From contig NIVC01003057.1 of assembly GCA_002269645.1 (NCBI GenBank), positions 1 through 64,000 of the forward strand: DNA of 64,000 nucleotides, in the 5' to 3' direction. Under the pieces are notes generated by a model, which was not told the DNA's origin, did not search any database, and saw nothing but the letters and a program-made list of their open reading frames with translations. The translations under genes and the position numbers were made by a program. This document shows, piece after piece, positions 24,171 through 36,400 of the stretch; the stretch's first letter is position 1, and each line of letters begins with the position of its first letter. The DNA is from Macrostomum lignano. Lineage: Eukaryota.

Positions 24171-27100
24171 ATGGAAGACGCTACGAACGCAAATACATCC
24201 CTTGTTGAGGTCACAGAAGTTGTTGCTGCAGTAAAGCGACTGGGTGAACTGAGTAAGTCATGTAATTGTCACTAAATTGTCACTTGAATATTAATTAATC
24301 AATCGCTGCATGGATCGGTAATTTGTATTTTAGGCGAAAGAATGAAAACAAAAGCACTCGGATTTAGTGAAAAAGACATTGGGCACATTGACAACATTAT
24401 CGATGCTCTTCATGAGCTGGTAAGAAAATTGCATAGTACAACCTCCTGGTCCCATAAATTAGGCGGTTTAATCAATCATTAAAAACGCGCCTTTTGACAG
24501 GAATTACACAAATACAACGCAAAGGACGTATTGGAGACAGAGACAATTAAATGCGCTGCTGTACGGCACAAACTGATGCACTTTCCGGACGAGATCAACA
24601 GAGAAATTCACGGTAAATTCAAGTGCATTGGCTGTCTAGAATCAAAGTTTGCTATTCTCACTTTATGTTTTTTTAATCTGGACACTTTAGAAGCTGTACT
24701 GGTTGCCAGACAGAGCAATGAGGCCTTCATCGACCGAGTCAAGAAGCAACTGGAACAATTGCAATGCGAAACTGACCAAGTGGAACAGCAGGCAACTAAA
24801 GTTGAGGCAGAGAACAACGCGCTAAGGTCGGGGAATTGCTTCTAATTGCTTTTAAATGCTTTTAAATGCAGCTATTAGCTAAGCTTATGGAATTCTATTG
24901 AAGATTCAATTATTTAATTTTCTAGTCCAGATCTCACCTCGGTACAACTTCTTGAAGAAAAAATAGACACTCAACTAAATTTCCGTATCCTTGAGGTTGT
25001 TGCATCATCGTTTTACTCTTCTAATAGTGGTTCCTATGTACTAAAACTTATGTACTAAAAGTACATTGAGCTTCCGTAAAATTTACAGGCCGGAACTTGA
25101 CAGCCTCAAAGAGGCTCACGACGCTAATTTCGTCCGCCTTAACGAGCTCCTGGCAGAGAAGGCTGCCAGACAGATCGAGTTGAATGAAATGCGAGAATCC
25201 ATTCGCAGAGCGAGCTCAAGGATTGTAGACCTAGAAGAGGACACGGTGCTGCTGGCTGAGCAAATGGTTGAAGAGCGGCAGCAATACGCGGACACCATGC
25301 GGAGCATTCGGGAACAAACGGTGATGACGGAGAATGGAATATGTAATATTAGGGGGGGGGGGGGGGGCAGAGCAGCTCTGCGGTAAACTGCGGTAATTCA
25401 CACAAACTTTGGCAGCTTACCTACATGGTAATTGTGTAGTGAAGTGGCAATGAAAATGATGGGGCAAAGTTATTGATAATAATACTACTGAATTGAAAGT
25501 AGTAGGATAACAAAAATGCTAATGCTGTCCTCATGCTTTCATATACGGGTTTTTCAATGTCGTGCAACTTTGGATGCTTGCAGAAGCTGATTGATGGACA
25601 TTGTCACATGCAGTGTACCTTGGTTACACGTATACAGTCTAGTAACCGTTTCTAAAACATAATTATTCATTACACAGTATGAAGTCGAACACCAGTTGAA
25701 AGACTGCACCGACAAAGAGGACAAGAAGAGTCGAGAATTTCTGGCTGTTCACGCCACCCTCGAAGAGTCGAAATCCGAACTGGGTGAACTTGTTCAGGTT
25801 CGTATAATTTCAAGGCTTATTAACGATATAGATAAATACATGAACCCGACAATTAAATGCCTCAGTTAGACTCTCACGTACTGTTTGACTGCCTTAAGAC
25901 CTGTAAGGGTTTGGTTGGGGTTTGGTTTAGGTTTGGTTAGGGTTTGGTTTAGGGTTTGGTTGGGGTTTGGTTAGGGTTTGGTTTAGGTTTGGTTTAGGTT
26001 TGGTTTAGGGTTTGGTTGGGGTTTGGTTATGGTTTGGTTAGGGTTTGGTTTAGGGTTTGGTTGGGGTTTGGTTATGGTTTGGTTAGGGTTTGGTTTAGGG
26101 TTGGTTAGGGTTTGGTTTAGGTTTGGTTAGGGTTTGGTTTAGGGTTTGGTTGGGGTTTGGTTAGGGTTTGGTTTAGGTTTGGTTTAGGTTTGGTTTAGGG
26201 TTTGGTTGGGGTTTGGTTATGGTTTGGTTAGGGTTTGGTTTAGGGTTTGGTTGGGGTTTGGTTATGGTTTGGTTAGGGTTTGGTTTAGGGTTTGGTTAGG
26301 GTTTGGTTAGGGTTTGGTTTAGGTTTGGTTTAGGTTTGGTTTAGGGTTTGGTTGGGGTTTGGTTATGGTTTGGTTAGGGTTTGGTTTAGGGTTTGGTTGG
26401 GGTTTGGTTATGGTTTGGTTAGGGTTTGGTTTAGGGTTTGGTTGGGGTTTGGTTATGGTTTGGTTAGGTTTTGGTTAGGGTTTGGTTAGGGTTTGGTTAG
26501 GGTTTGGTTAGGGTTTGGTTAGGGTTTGGTTTAGGGTTTGGTTGGGGTTTGGTTATGGTTTGGTTAGGTTTTGGTTAGGGTTTGGTTAGGGTTTGGTTGG
26601 GGTTTGGTTGGGGTTTGGTTTAGGGTTTGGTTGGGGTTTGGTTAGGGTTTGGTTAGGGTTTGGTTAGGGTTTGGTTTAGGTTTGGTTTAGGTTTGGTTTA
26701 GGGTTTGGTTGGGGTTTGGTTTAGGGTTTGGTTAGGTTTTGGTTAGGTTTTGGTTAGGATAAGGTTTAGGGTCATAATTAGGGTCAAAGATCATATAAAC
26801 ACCGGCAATATAAGATCTATGCTTGCGGTTTGGGTATGGTTTAGGGTTAGGATTAGGGCTTGATTAGTGTCGTTGGTTAGATAGTGGCACATCGACAGCT
26901 GCAGATTTTCTTAGAAATCAACTACATGTCGACAAGAATAATACTTAAAAGGCAAACTTAAATTGCATTACACCCTAATTTTTGGCCTGACGAAGAGCCC
27001 AGAGGCTTGAAACCGATAGCCTACCTATATACTAAATTTTTAACACGCCGTGAGCTCTCTCTCTCTCTCCCCCCTCTCTCTCTCCCTCTCTCACCCCCCT

Positions 27101-27239
27101 CTCTCTCTTCCCCCCCCCCTCTCTCTCTCTCTCTCCCTCTCTCTCTCCCTCTCTCTCTCCCCCCTCCCTCTCTCTCTCCCCCTCTCTCTCTCTCCCCCCT
27201 CTCTCTCTCTCTCCCCCCTCTCTCTCTCCCTCTCTCTCC

Positions 27240-27278
<39 letters not shown>

Positions 27279-30200
27279 CCCTCTCTCTCTCTCTCCCCCT
27301 CTCTCTCTCTCTCTCTCTCTCCCCCTCTCTCTCTCTCCCCCCTCTCTCTCCCTCTCTCTTTCCCTCTCTCTCTCCCCCCTCCTCTCTCTCTCTCTCTCTC
27401 CCTATCTCACTCTTAACTATACCGAATCGACAAGGGAGCAAGAGGATATTTTTTTTTCGTGCGATTGACTAAAAGTTTATCAAAGAAATGGTAGAAGTTC
27501 AAATATAGCATCAAGCAGCAATTTTTTTCCTGCCGTTTAATCTAAACAAAATCAAATCTGCATCTACCAGATAAATATAAAAAATGATTTCAGGAGCACA
27601 ACTCACTTGAGCACGGCATCGCAATGCTGCAAGTGCAACATCAGGACTCGGTCAAGCAGCAGGCGCAGGTTCAAGCAAAAAGTCAACAGTTAAAAACTAA
27701 CATGTAAATTAATTAGGCTTCGCAACTAATGCCCATTCAAGCTACTATAAGTAGAAATAACGCTAATTACCATACAAAATTTTTTCCAGCGAAGCTCTTT
27801 CCACACAGAGCCGAGTGCTGGAAGCAGAGCACCAGACTCAGGTGGCAGAGATGCAGAAGACTCTAGAAGATCTGGAGGTCAAAACTCAGCAGCAGACAGT
27901 TAAGAAAGAGAAGGTTGTGGCGCAAAAGACTGAAGTTACAGGTATGTACAGCATTGTATTTTGATGCAAATTCAGACAAAACTGATGCATCTCGTTTTCA
28001 ATAAACTCCACTTCCTCCCAGCCCGCACTGTTGCGGTGGCAACCAAAGTCAAAGAGGAGACTTCCAAGGATTCAGAGGAGAAGAAGCAGATGTGAGCAGG
28101 TTTTCGTCGATAGTTTTCAAACAAACTGAAACAGCGAAGCGCACATTAAAATTCATTTTGCAGCCTCGCACAGGCCAAAAAAGCTGTGGCAGCAAAAGAA
28201 TCCGACTTAGTGAAGATGAGGCAAGAGATTCTGGACATGGAGGGTCGCCACGCTGAGCTGGAGGATGCTGAGAGGCAGGTTTCTCAAATACTTATTTTTG
28301 CTTATTTAAATAAAATTTCAAAGATTCTTGAATTTTTTATAGGGCCGAAAAGGAAGGATGGATTAATCCTGCGGAATTACTCGAAAGGTGAGCATTTGAA
28401 TAGCGTAGCTGAATTATTAAAGTACGTCGTACTTCTGAAGGCCTGTTAATGTTACTCCTCGATACCCCATCTAGCTCAAATAATTTTTGTTTTTTTTAGT
28501 TTTTTTGCTCGTAGTTAATCAGCAGCATCAATTTTTGTTCAAACAATCGTAGATTTATAAGTTTACTTTGAGAATCTCGTACTTAATGTCTGAATTAGCC
28601 TACTAATTTTGTCAGTAGTATTAGTTCGAATTAACAATATTATTCTTAATTGCGTGAAAAAATCGTCAGCGGCTCTGAAAAGCTGGTCCACTTCATGGAG
28701 TCACGTGATCAGCAGGAAACTGCCAACGTCTCAGAGGAAGCTTCTGCGATGCCTTCGGCCACTGTGATGGAGATTCAGGACACCATCGAGATGCACAGGC
28801 GCCGACGGCAGCAGCGGGAGGCCCGCCTAGCCAAGGAGGCTGGCGGCAGGCCTGCGCTGTTCCGCAGGGCCACAGAGTTTGACATGTGCGAGGCTGTTGA
28901 TGGGGCATTTCCTTGATCGTGGATTTACTCGCTTCTCTTGTGTGCGTGTGTGTGTGTTGTCATTTGAAACGTTTTATTTTTTTCCATGCACATCAGATGT
29001 AATTGTGAAGTGTTGCACTTTACTTGACAGATTTCAAATTTTTATATTCGTCATCTGAAACTTTTATTTTACTTTTTTGGGGCTTCTTTTGATCAGGTTT
29101 ATATCTTAATTTCCTCTACAGTGTAAAATTCATTGTTAAAATCTGCTGTAAAATATTCTCTTTGCAGCAACAGCGTCTTGGGCTTCAATCGACAAATTGC
29201 CGAGTGGAAAGAAAAACTGGAGCAAGAAACAGCTGAAAGGTGAGTTCTTTCGTCAAAGGTTACGGTTAAGATTGTCACAAATAACCGAACACAATAAATC
29301 TGGAAAGATAGATGAATACGCCAAAAAGCAGAAAAGAAAAAATCCACGTTCTAATAATTAAAAATTACGACATACGCACATGATGATCTGAGAATAGAAA
29401 ATTATAAAAAAAACATCCACTGTTCTAAAAATAGAAAATGACGCAGTGCGCACCCTTTGATCTAAAAATAGAAAATGACGAGATGCACATTCAGTGTCTA
29501 AAAATAGAAAATGGCGCTATGCACATCCACTGTTCCCATTATATCTAATAACTGAACAAAGATAGCTCAGAAACCTAAGCTTTATCAACAGGCTGACAGT
29601 CCAATCTGTCAGCGAGAAACTACAGGCCGATATCAAAGAGTTCAACGCGAATGAAGCGGCCGAAACTTCAGCGATCAATCAAGAGATAGACAAGTTGAAA
29701 CACGAGAAGGCTGCTCTTGAGGCTGAGGTAAGAATCGCGTGAGAGTATATGGTATTGATTTTTCCAATGAAGATCTCCAGAAGTCAATGGTAGATGCTCA
29801 CTTTGATAAATAAAACCGACATTGCAGCAAGCCAGACTTCAATCGGCGATGCGTGCCGACGAAGCGCGTCAGTCCACGCTGGCCGATCGGCTCCAAGACG
29901 AACGGCGCCAACTGGAGGAATGGCGCTCGGCGCGCGAAGCCGAAGCTGAGGCTCTGACCGTCGAGATTGAACAACTGCGCCAAGAGGCGGCCAGTCGCGC
30001 CGCTGAATTGGAAGATTTGGCACCAAAATTTTCCGAATTCGAGGACTTCTACCGCCGCTCCATCAGCGACTATGACGCCTTGAAGCGGAGTCTGGTGGCT
30101 ATGAAGAATCGCAAGGCCGGTCTTGAAGCTTCGTCGAACAAAGCCGGTCATGAGATCGACCGGCTGACGCAGGAGATCGCCAGACTTCAACGCGACAAGG

Positions 30201-31101
30201 AGCTGCGGAAGGCGCAGTCAGCCCAGGAGCTGGAGAGCATGGTGGATGACCGAGTCAAACTGGAGCGGGAGATCTACGTGCTGGGCTGCAAACTGCAGAC
30301 TGTGCTGGCTGAGAATGCCAAACTGACGAGTGGCGTTGACAGGTGCGCTACTGCAGTGGCCTTGAAACGAAACGAAACGAAATTTGAGTCACACTTGGTC
30401 AGGCTAGCAGTTCTGACCATTTCGCTGATCCCTGCACCCAGACTTTCAAGGATCACGTACATAGACACGCACTTATACAAAGTGCACAGCGGCACTGACT
30501 CCCTTCCCCCCTCCGAAGGAATGTACGCACCCTGTACCCTGGTGGGTTGGCCCTCATGAATAGAGCAACAAGCTTGCAGGCTAATTTTCGAGGGTACACG
30601 GGTACTTGAAAGCGAAATTGTTAGGCCTATTTGGTCCAAATCTCACCTTCTGGACCAATTGAAGAAATGATATGCTTTGCATGTAGAGGTGCACTCAGAG
30701 GTGCACTCTGAAGCTTATTTCCTTCTGGGTCCTGCTTGGTTTGTCCATGTTTGGATGTCAAATGCTTTAAATATGATTTTCTAAATTTATTTAACCATTT
30801 CGACAGGCTGGAACGACAGATGCGAACAATGCAGAGCTCCTGGGAACGAGCTGTCCCGGCCAAGGCTCGAACTGAGCAGCATCGAGGCCGGCTGGCTGTC
30901 CAGCTCGAGTCCGGACGCCGGAGAGACTTTCAACTTGCCGAGGAGTTCCAGAACAAGGATCGGCACTTCCTGACTGCTCTCGCTGCCATCATCAATGACA
31001 CGGAAGCGCGGCAGGCTATCGTGGAGGCAGTCGCCGAAAAGCTCGAATCTGAACTGGACTGTTTGGACGAGTTTTTGAAAACTTCGAAGGATGATAATTA
31101 A
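24171..31101 (+). CDS. CCDC175: Coiled-coil protein, CCDC175-like, multi-exon
   Basis: Exons include 24171-24252, 24334-24419, 24501-24612, 24691-24826, 25089-25320, about 25677-25797, about 27594-27670, about 27790-27941, 28021-28091, about 28165-28274, 28343-28387, about 29170-29239, 29591-29727, about 29829-30342 and about 30807-31101. Heptad-rich throughout. The segments DVLETETIKCAAVRHKLMHFPDEINREIHEAVLVARQSN and LKEAHDANFVRLNELLAEKAARQIELNE resemble CCDC175 as I recall it. Some junctions are not fully resolved. Confidence 0.6.
25905..26757 (+). repeat. G/T-rich telomere-like 11-12-bp repeat, CCDC175-like intron
   Basis: Units GGTTTGGTTAG, GGTTTGGTTTAG, GGTTTGGTTGG and GGTTTGGTTAT, with many embedded TTAGGG. 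Confidence 0.95.
27052..27405 (+). repeat. (CT)n / C-run polypyrimidine microsatellite
   Basis: Uninterrupted C/T tract of about 350 bp. Confidence 0.97.
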
Positions 31102-31348
31102 TTCAATTTTATTGGACTTATATAGCTGCAATACTGACTAGATAAGTCGCAGAAACCATATTTACTACTAAGCTACTGTCAATTTTGTAGTAAGTACTGC
31201 TTTCGTCAATCGTAAGTTTAAACGGGCCAATCAATTTTGAAATTGCGTAGGATCAAGGCGTTTCATAGATTCATATACGATAGTAACTATACTACATTTA
31301 TATTATTATATTATTTTGTTTTAATTTACTATATTACTAATACATTAG

Positions 31349-32033
31349 GCTTAGTGGTCACTTCTCTGCCCCATTTTATTGCCCAACCCCACGCTGTGGG
31401 AGGGAGTTTAAGCTAGTGGTCACTTCTCTGCCCCATTTTATTGCCCAACCCCACGCTGTGGGAGGGAGTTTAAGCTAGTGGTCACTTCTCTGCCCCATTT
31501 TATTGCCCAACCCCACGCTGTGGGAGGGAGGTTAAGCTAGTGGTCACTTCTCTGCCCCATTTTATTGCCCAACCCCACGCTGTGGGAGGGAGTTAAGCTA
31601 GTGGTCACTTCTCTGCCCCATTTTATTGCCCAACCCCACGCTGTGGGAGGGAGTTTAAGCTAGTGGTCACTTCTCTGCCCCATTTTATTGCCCAACCCCA
31701 CGCTGTGGGAGGGAGGTTAAGCTAGTAGTCACTTCTCTGCCCCATTTTATTGCCCAACCCCACGCTGTGGTAGGGAGGTTAAGCTAGTGGTCACTTCTCT
31801 GCCCCATTTTATTGCCCAACCCCACGCTGTGGGAGGGAGGTTAAGCTAGTAGTCACTTCTCTGCCCCATTTTATTGCCCAACCCCACGCTGTGGTAGGGA
31901 GGTTAAGCTAGTGATCACTTCTCTGCCCCATTTTATTGTCCAGCCCCACGCTGTGGGAGGGAGGTTAAGCTAGTGGTCACTTCTCTGCCCCATTTTATTG
32001 TCCAGCCCCACGCCGTGGGGAAGGGGGTTTACT
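31349..32033 (+). repeat. 61-63-bp tandem array (about 11 copies), each unit resembling a Helitron 3' terminus
   Basis: Unit GGTCACTTCTCTGCCCCATTTTATTGCCCAACCCCACGCTGTGGGAGGGAGTTAAGCTAGT. It contains the hairpin CCCAC-GCT-GTGGG, then 11-12 nt, then CTAG followed by T. Confidence 0.9.
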
Positions 32034-32574
32034 CTAGAACGTATGTACATATGTACACATATGTACACCAATCCTGTACTGATAAAAGTTTAATGCGGGA
32101 GTCGCGTGCCGACACTGCGTCTATATCGGGACCTATCGTTTTCTTCTTAATCTACTGAATTGACAGTAGTGTAGAGTGAAAAATACGAGCTAAACACAAA
32201 CCTATTTTAACTGTTGTAGAGATTTTTCGTCCCTGCCTTTCTTTGTTCTACAATTCTCTATCTAGTCAATTACTACTGATCTAGCCAAATCCTTTTCCTT
32301 GTCATATATTTTTTATTTTCCTTTAAACTTTAAGGTTGTTTTCTATTCTTTTTTACTAGGCACTCATGTCTTGCAACAAACACTTTACGAGTTCTTTACG
32401 AGTAAATTTTAAATTACTATTGAAATTAAAAGTATTGAATTGTAAAATTGAAAATATAAAAATAACTATTTCTCTTGAGGATTTTCCCTCAGCCTTACTT
32501 TTGATTCAACCTTGGAACATTGATCGCACGAACTTGGTTCCACGATTGTTCTTTTCGCGTGACAGTGTATGTTA

Positions 32575-32712
32575 CCTTGTCAGGATGTCAGTTTGTCAGG
32601 ATGTCGGTGTGTCAGGATGTCGGTGTGTCAGGATGTCGGTGTGTCAGGATGTCGGTGTGTCAGGATGTCGGTGTGTCAGGATGTCGGTGTGTCAGGATGT
32701 TGGTGTGTCAGG
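32575..32712. repeat. 14-bp tandem repeat upstream of the dynein gene
   Basis: Unit GTGTCAGGATGTCG, with a degenerate continuation to about 32820. Confidence 0.9.
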
Positions 32713-33410
32713 ATTTACAGTTTAACAGGCTTTACAGTTTGCCAAGATGACAGTTTGTCAGGATATCAGTGTGTCAGTGTGTTAGTGAGTCAGAATGTCA
32801 GGATGTCAGTTTGTCAGTGATGCTAGTATCAGGGACTTCACTGCTCTTATTTTTGTAATGAGGCTTTGGGTGCCTGGTCAGACAGACCTCTGGCGATTGC
32901 TACAATGCCTTGACCAAGTCTTAACTACGCAGAAAGTGCCAGGACTGACTCACTGGGCCTGACCATGCAACCTAGTGAGTCGACACTCAGTTGTCATGGC
33001 GACACAATATTAATAATTAATTAAACTGACGGACACGACCCAGCTAAAGAGTTGAGAAGACTTAGCAGCATCTCGCTCCAGAGGTATAGGATGGGAAAAG
33101 CTTGTGGGAGAACAAAGAAAGGGATCATAAAATAAGTTTAATCTTAAGTCCCCAGACAATGGCGGCGCTCATACTCCATCTAGTCCATACCTACAGAGGC
33201 TTGTCCGTTCATTCCCATGACAACGAGCAGTTTTCAGCAGGTAGTTGTGCTCGGTAAAAACTCTGCCATTTCCGGAACGCAAGAGAGAGGTTTTTGATTC
33301 CCCTAATCCCAAAACACAATTCTCCCACAACATTTCTACCTTGTTTTAAAACAGTTTAAACAAAAATATTAACAGCAGATCTTGCTGTTTTTTCTACTCA
33401 GCATCCTACG

Positions 33411-36400
33411 ATGACTGATCGACAGTCGAAAACCGCTTTTCAAGAAGGTGAGTGCTCGATTCTCGCCTTTGTTGAAATTGAAGTGACTGGCGCTAATATC
33501 TGAGTGACTATCACTAGTATCGGAGTGACGATCATTAGTATCGGAGTGACTATCACTAATATCGGAGTGACTATCATATTAGTGTCGGAGTGAATATCAC
33601 TAGTATCGGAGTGACTATCATATTAGTGTCGGAGTGACTATCACTAGTATCGGAGTGACTATCGCAAGTATCGGAGTGACAAAAACCTACAAGCAGATTA
33701 TTAGATTATTATTAGAATTTTCAGATTATTAAGAGTTTTAAATTTCCTTTCATTTATCAAAACCCAGACTCCGATGGCATGGCAACCCCAACTGGCAAGG
33801 TGACCGATATTTTTTTGGAAATATATTTTTAACTATTAAATCTCTGTCAACCATGTCAATAATTTCAATTCGAAAATTCAAACCAGTCCACATCGGGCTC
33901 GGGTGCCGACGGCGATTCCCCGACTTCCGGCGACAAAAAACAGCAACAGCAGCCACCGCCGCCGCCACCGAAGATCAGAGAGTTTCGAAGGTCTCAGGTG
34001 AGATTGCTCAGGTAGAATTGTGGTTCTGGATTCGGGGGAATTTAGGGACTGTGAGAAAAGAATTTTGATTTGGGGACTGTGATTCAGTGACTGTGATTCA
34101 TGGACTGTGATTCAGGGACTGTGATTCATGGACTGTGATTCATAGACTGTGATTCAGGGACTGTGATTCATGGACTGTGATTCATCGATTGTGATTCATG
34201 GACTAGGATTTAGGGACTGTGATTCATGGACTGTAATTCATGGATTGTGATTCATGGACTGTGATTCAGGGACTGTGATTCATGGACTGTGATTCATGGA
34301 TTGTGATTCATGGACTAGGATTTAGGGACTGTGATTCTTTGACTGTGATTCATGGACTGTGATTCAGGGACTGTGATTCATGGACTGTGATTCATAGACT
34401 GTGATTCAGGGACTGTGATTCATGGACTGTGATTCATGGATTGTGATTCATGGACTAGGATTTAGAGACTGTGATTCAGTCACTGTGATTCATGGACTGT
34501 GATTCATGGACTGTGATTCATGGACTGTGATTCATGGACTGTGATTCATGGGACTGTGATTCAGGGACTGTGATTCAGGGACTGTGATTCAGGGACTGTG
34601 ATTCAGGGACTGTGATTCAGGGACTGTGATTCATGGACTGTGATTCATGGACTAGGATTTAGGGACTGTGATTCATGGACTGTGATTCAGGGACTGTGAT
34701 TTAGGGACTGTGATTTAGGGACTGGGATTTAGGGACTGTGATTCATGGACTGCGATTCAGGGACTGTGATTCAGGGACTGTGATTCATGGACTGTGATTA
34801 AGAGACTAGGATTTAGGGACTGTGATTCATGGACTGTGATTCATGGACTGCGATTTAGGTACTGTGATTCATGGACTGTGATTCAGGGACTGTGATTCAG
34901 GGACTGTGATTCATGGACTGTGATTCATGGACTGTGATTCATGGATTGTGATTCATGGACTGTGATTTATGGACTGTGATTCATGGACTAGGATTTAGGG
35001 ACTGTGATTCATGGACTGTGATTCAGGGACTGTGATTCAGTGACTGTGATTTAGGGACTGTGATTCAGTGACTGTGATTCAGGGACTGTGATTTAGGGAC
35101 TGTGATTCAGGGACTGTGATTCAGGGACTGTGATTCAGGGACTGTGATTCAGGGACTGTGATTCATGGACTGTGATTCAGTGACTGTGGTTTAGGGACTG
35201 TGATTCAGGGACTGTGATTCAGGGACTGTGATTCAGGGACTGTGATTCAGGGACTGTGATTTAGGGACTGTGATTCAGGGACTGTGGTTTAGGGACTGTG
35301 ATTCAGGGACTGTGATTCAGGGACTGTGATTCAGGGACTGTGATTCAGGGACTGTGATTCAGGGACTGTGATTCAGGGACTGTGATTCAGGGACTGTGAT
35401 TCATGGACTGTGATTCAGGGACTGTGATTCAGGGACTGTGATTCAGGGACTGTGATTCAGTGACTGTGATTTAGGGACTGTGATTCAGGGACTGTGATTC
35501 ATGGACTGTGATTCAGGGACTGTGATTCAGTTGATTCAGGGACTGTGATTCAGGGACTGTGATTCAGGGACTGTGATTCAGGGACTGTGATTCATGGACT
35601 GTGATTTAGGGACTGTGATTCTAGGGACTGTGATTCAGGGACTGTGATTCAGGGACTGTGATTCAGGGACTGGATTCATGGACTCTGACTCAGAGAGTTA
35701 AATCTATGTCCCCTAGAAAAATCATCTCAAGGCATGAGAAGAAATTCGCTTTCTGTTTGCCTATCTTCGAGTTCATGTTTGCATGAATTGGCCAAGTGCA
35801 CACAAAATCGGGAGCATAGCTATATAGTAAATATTATTAGAAATCGTTCCAGATTTGAAGTCTAGCTCTATGCTACCAATATGCTGTATGAACTCCCAAT
35901 TAGGAAAGTTAAAACATTACTTTGCTGACTGAAACATACGCTAAGCAAAAAAACTTTCCTTTTCCCATTTCAGTCGAAAGTTTTCCGCGTGAGTAGTGCG
36001 TTATGCGTCTTTTGCCATATTTTGGAAAAAAAGTGAAAACATTTGTATCAAATTGTAAATTGTAAATCGAGGTTTTGCATTTGCTTAAATTACTTGCCTA
36101 AAATCATTTCAGATGGACGTCAGGCACATGTACATGGCCGAGAGAATGGCAGTGGTGCTGGGACTTGAGTCCAACCAGCTGGAGGAATGGATCATGTTCG
36201 ATGCGAAATTTCCCAAGTTTGACAATTTTTTGCCCCAAATGGAGCAAAAACTATGCTATTCTATTATCAGGCTAAGGTGCTGCATTGCTGTCAAGGTTTT
36301 ATTGGTATTATTAGCACATGTAAAACTGATTAACAATTCAATGTAACTATTTTCCCTATTTTAGCCGGGAATTTCTACCGACACGAAGCAGCTGGTAATA

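Noticed and set aside
24926-24996. Mutually exclusive exon in CCDC175-like (SPDLTSVQLLEE versus RPELDSLKEAHD)
   Set aside because: The similarity is short and the downstream phase does not match the next exon; cannot be supported.
27007-27472. Ser/Leu/Pro and Arg/Glu ORFs
   Set aside because: Translations of a (CT)n microsatellite.
31349-32033. Hammerhead-ribozyme satellite as in Schistosoma
   Set aside because: No CTGANGA and GAAA catalytic core on either strand of the unit.
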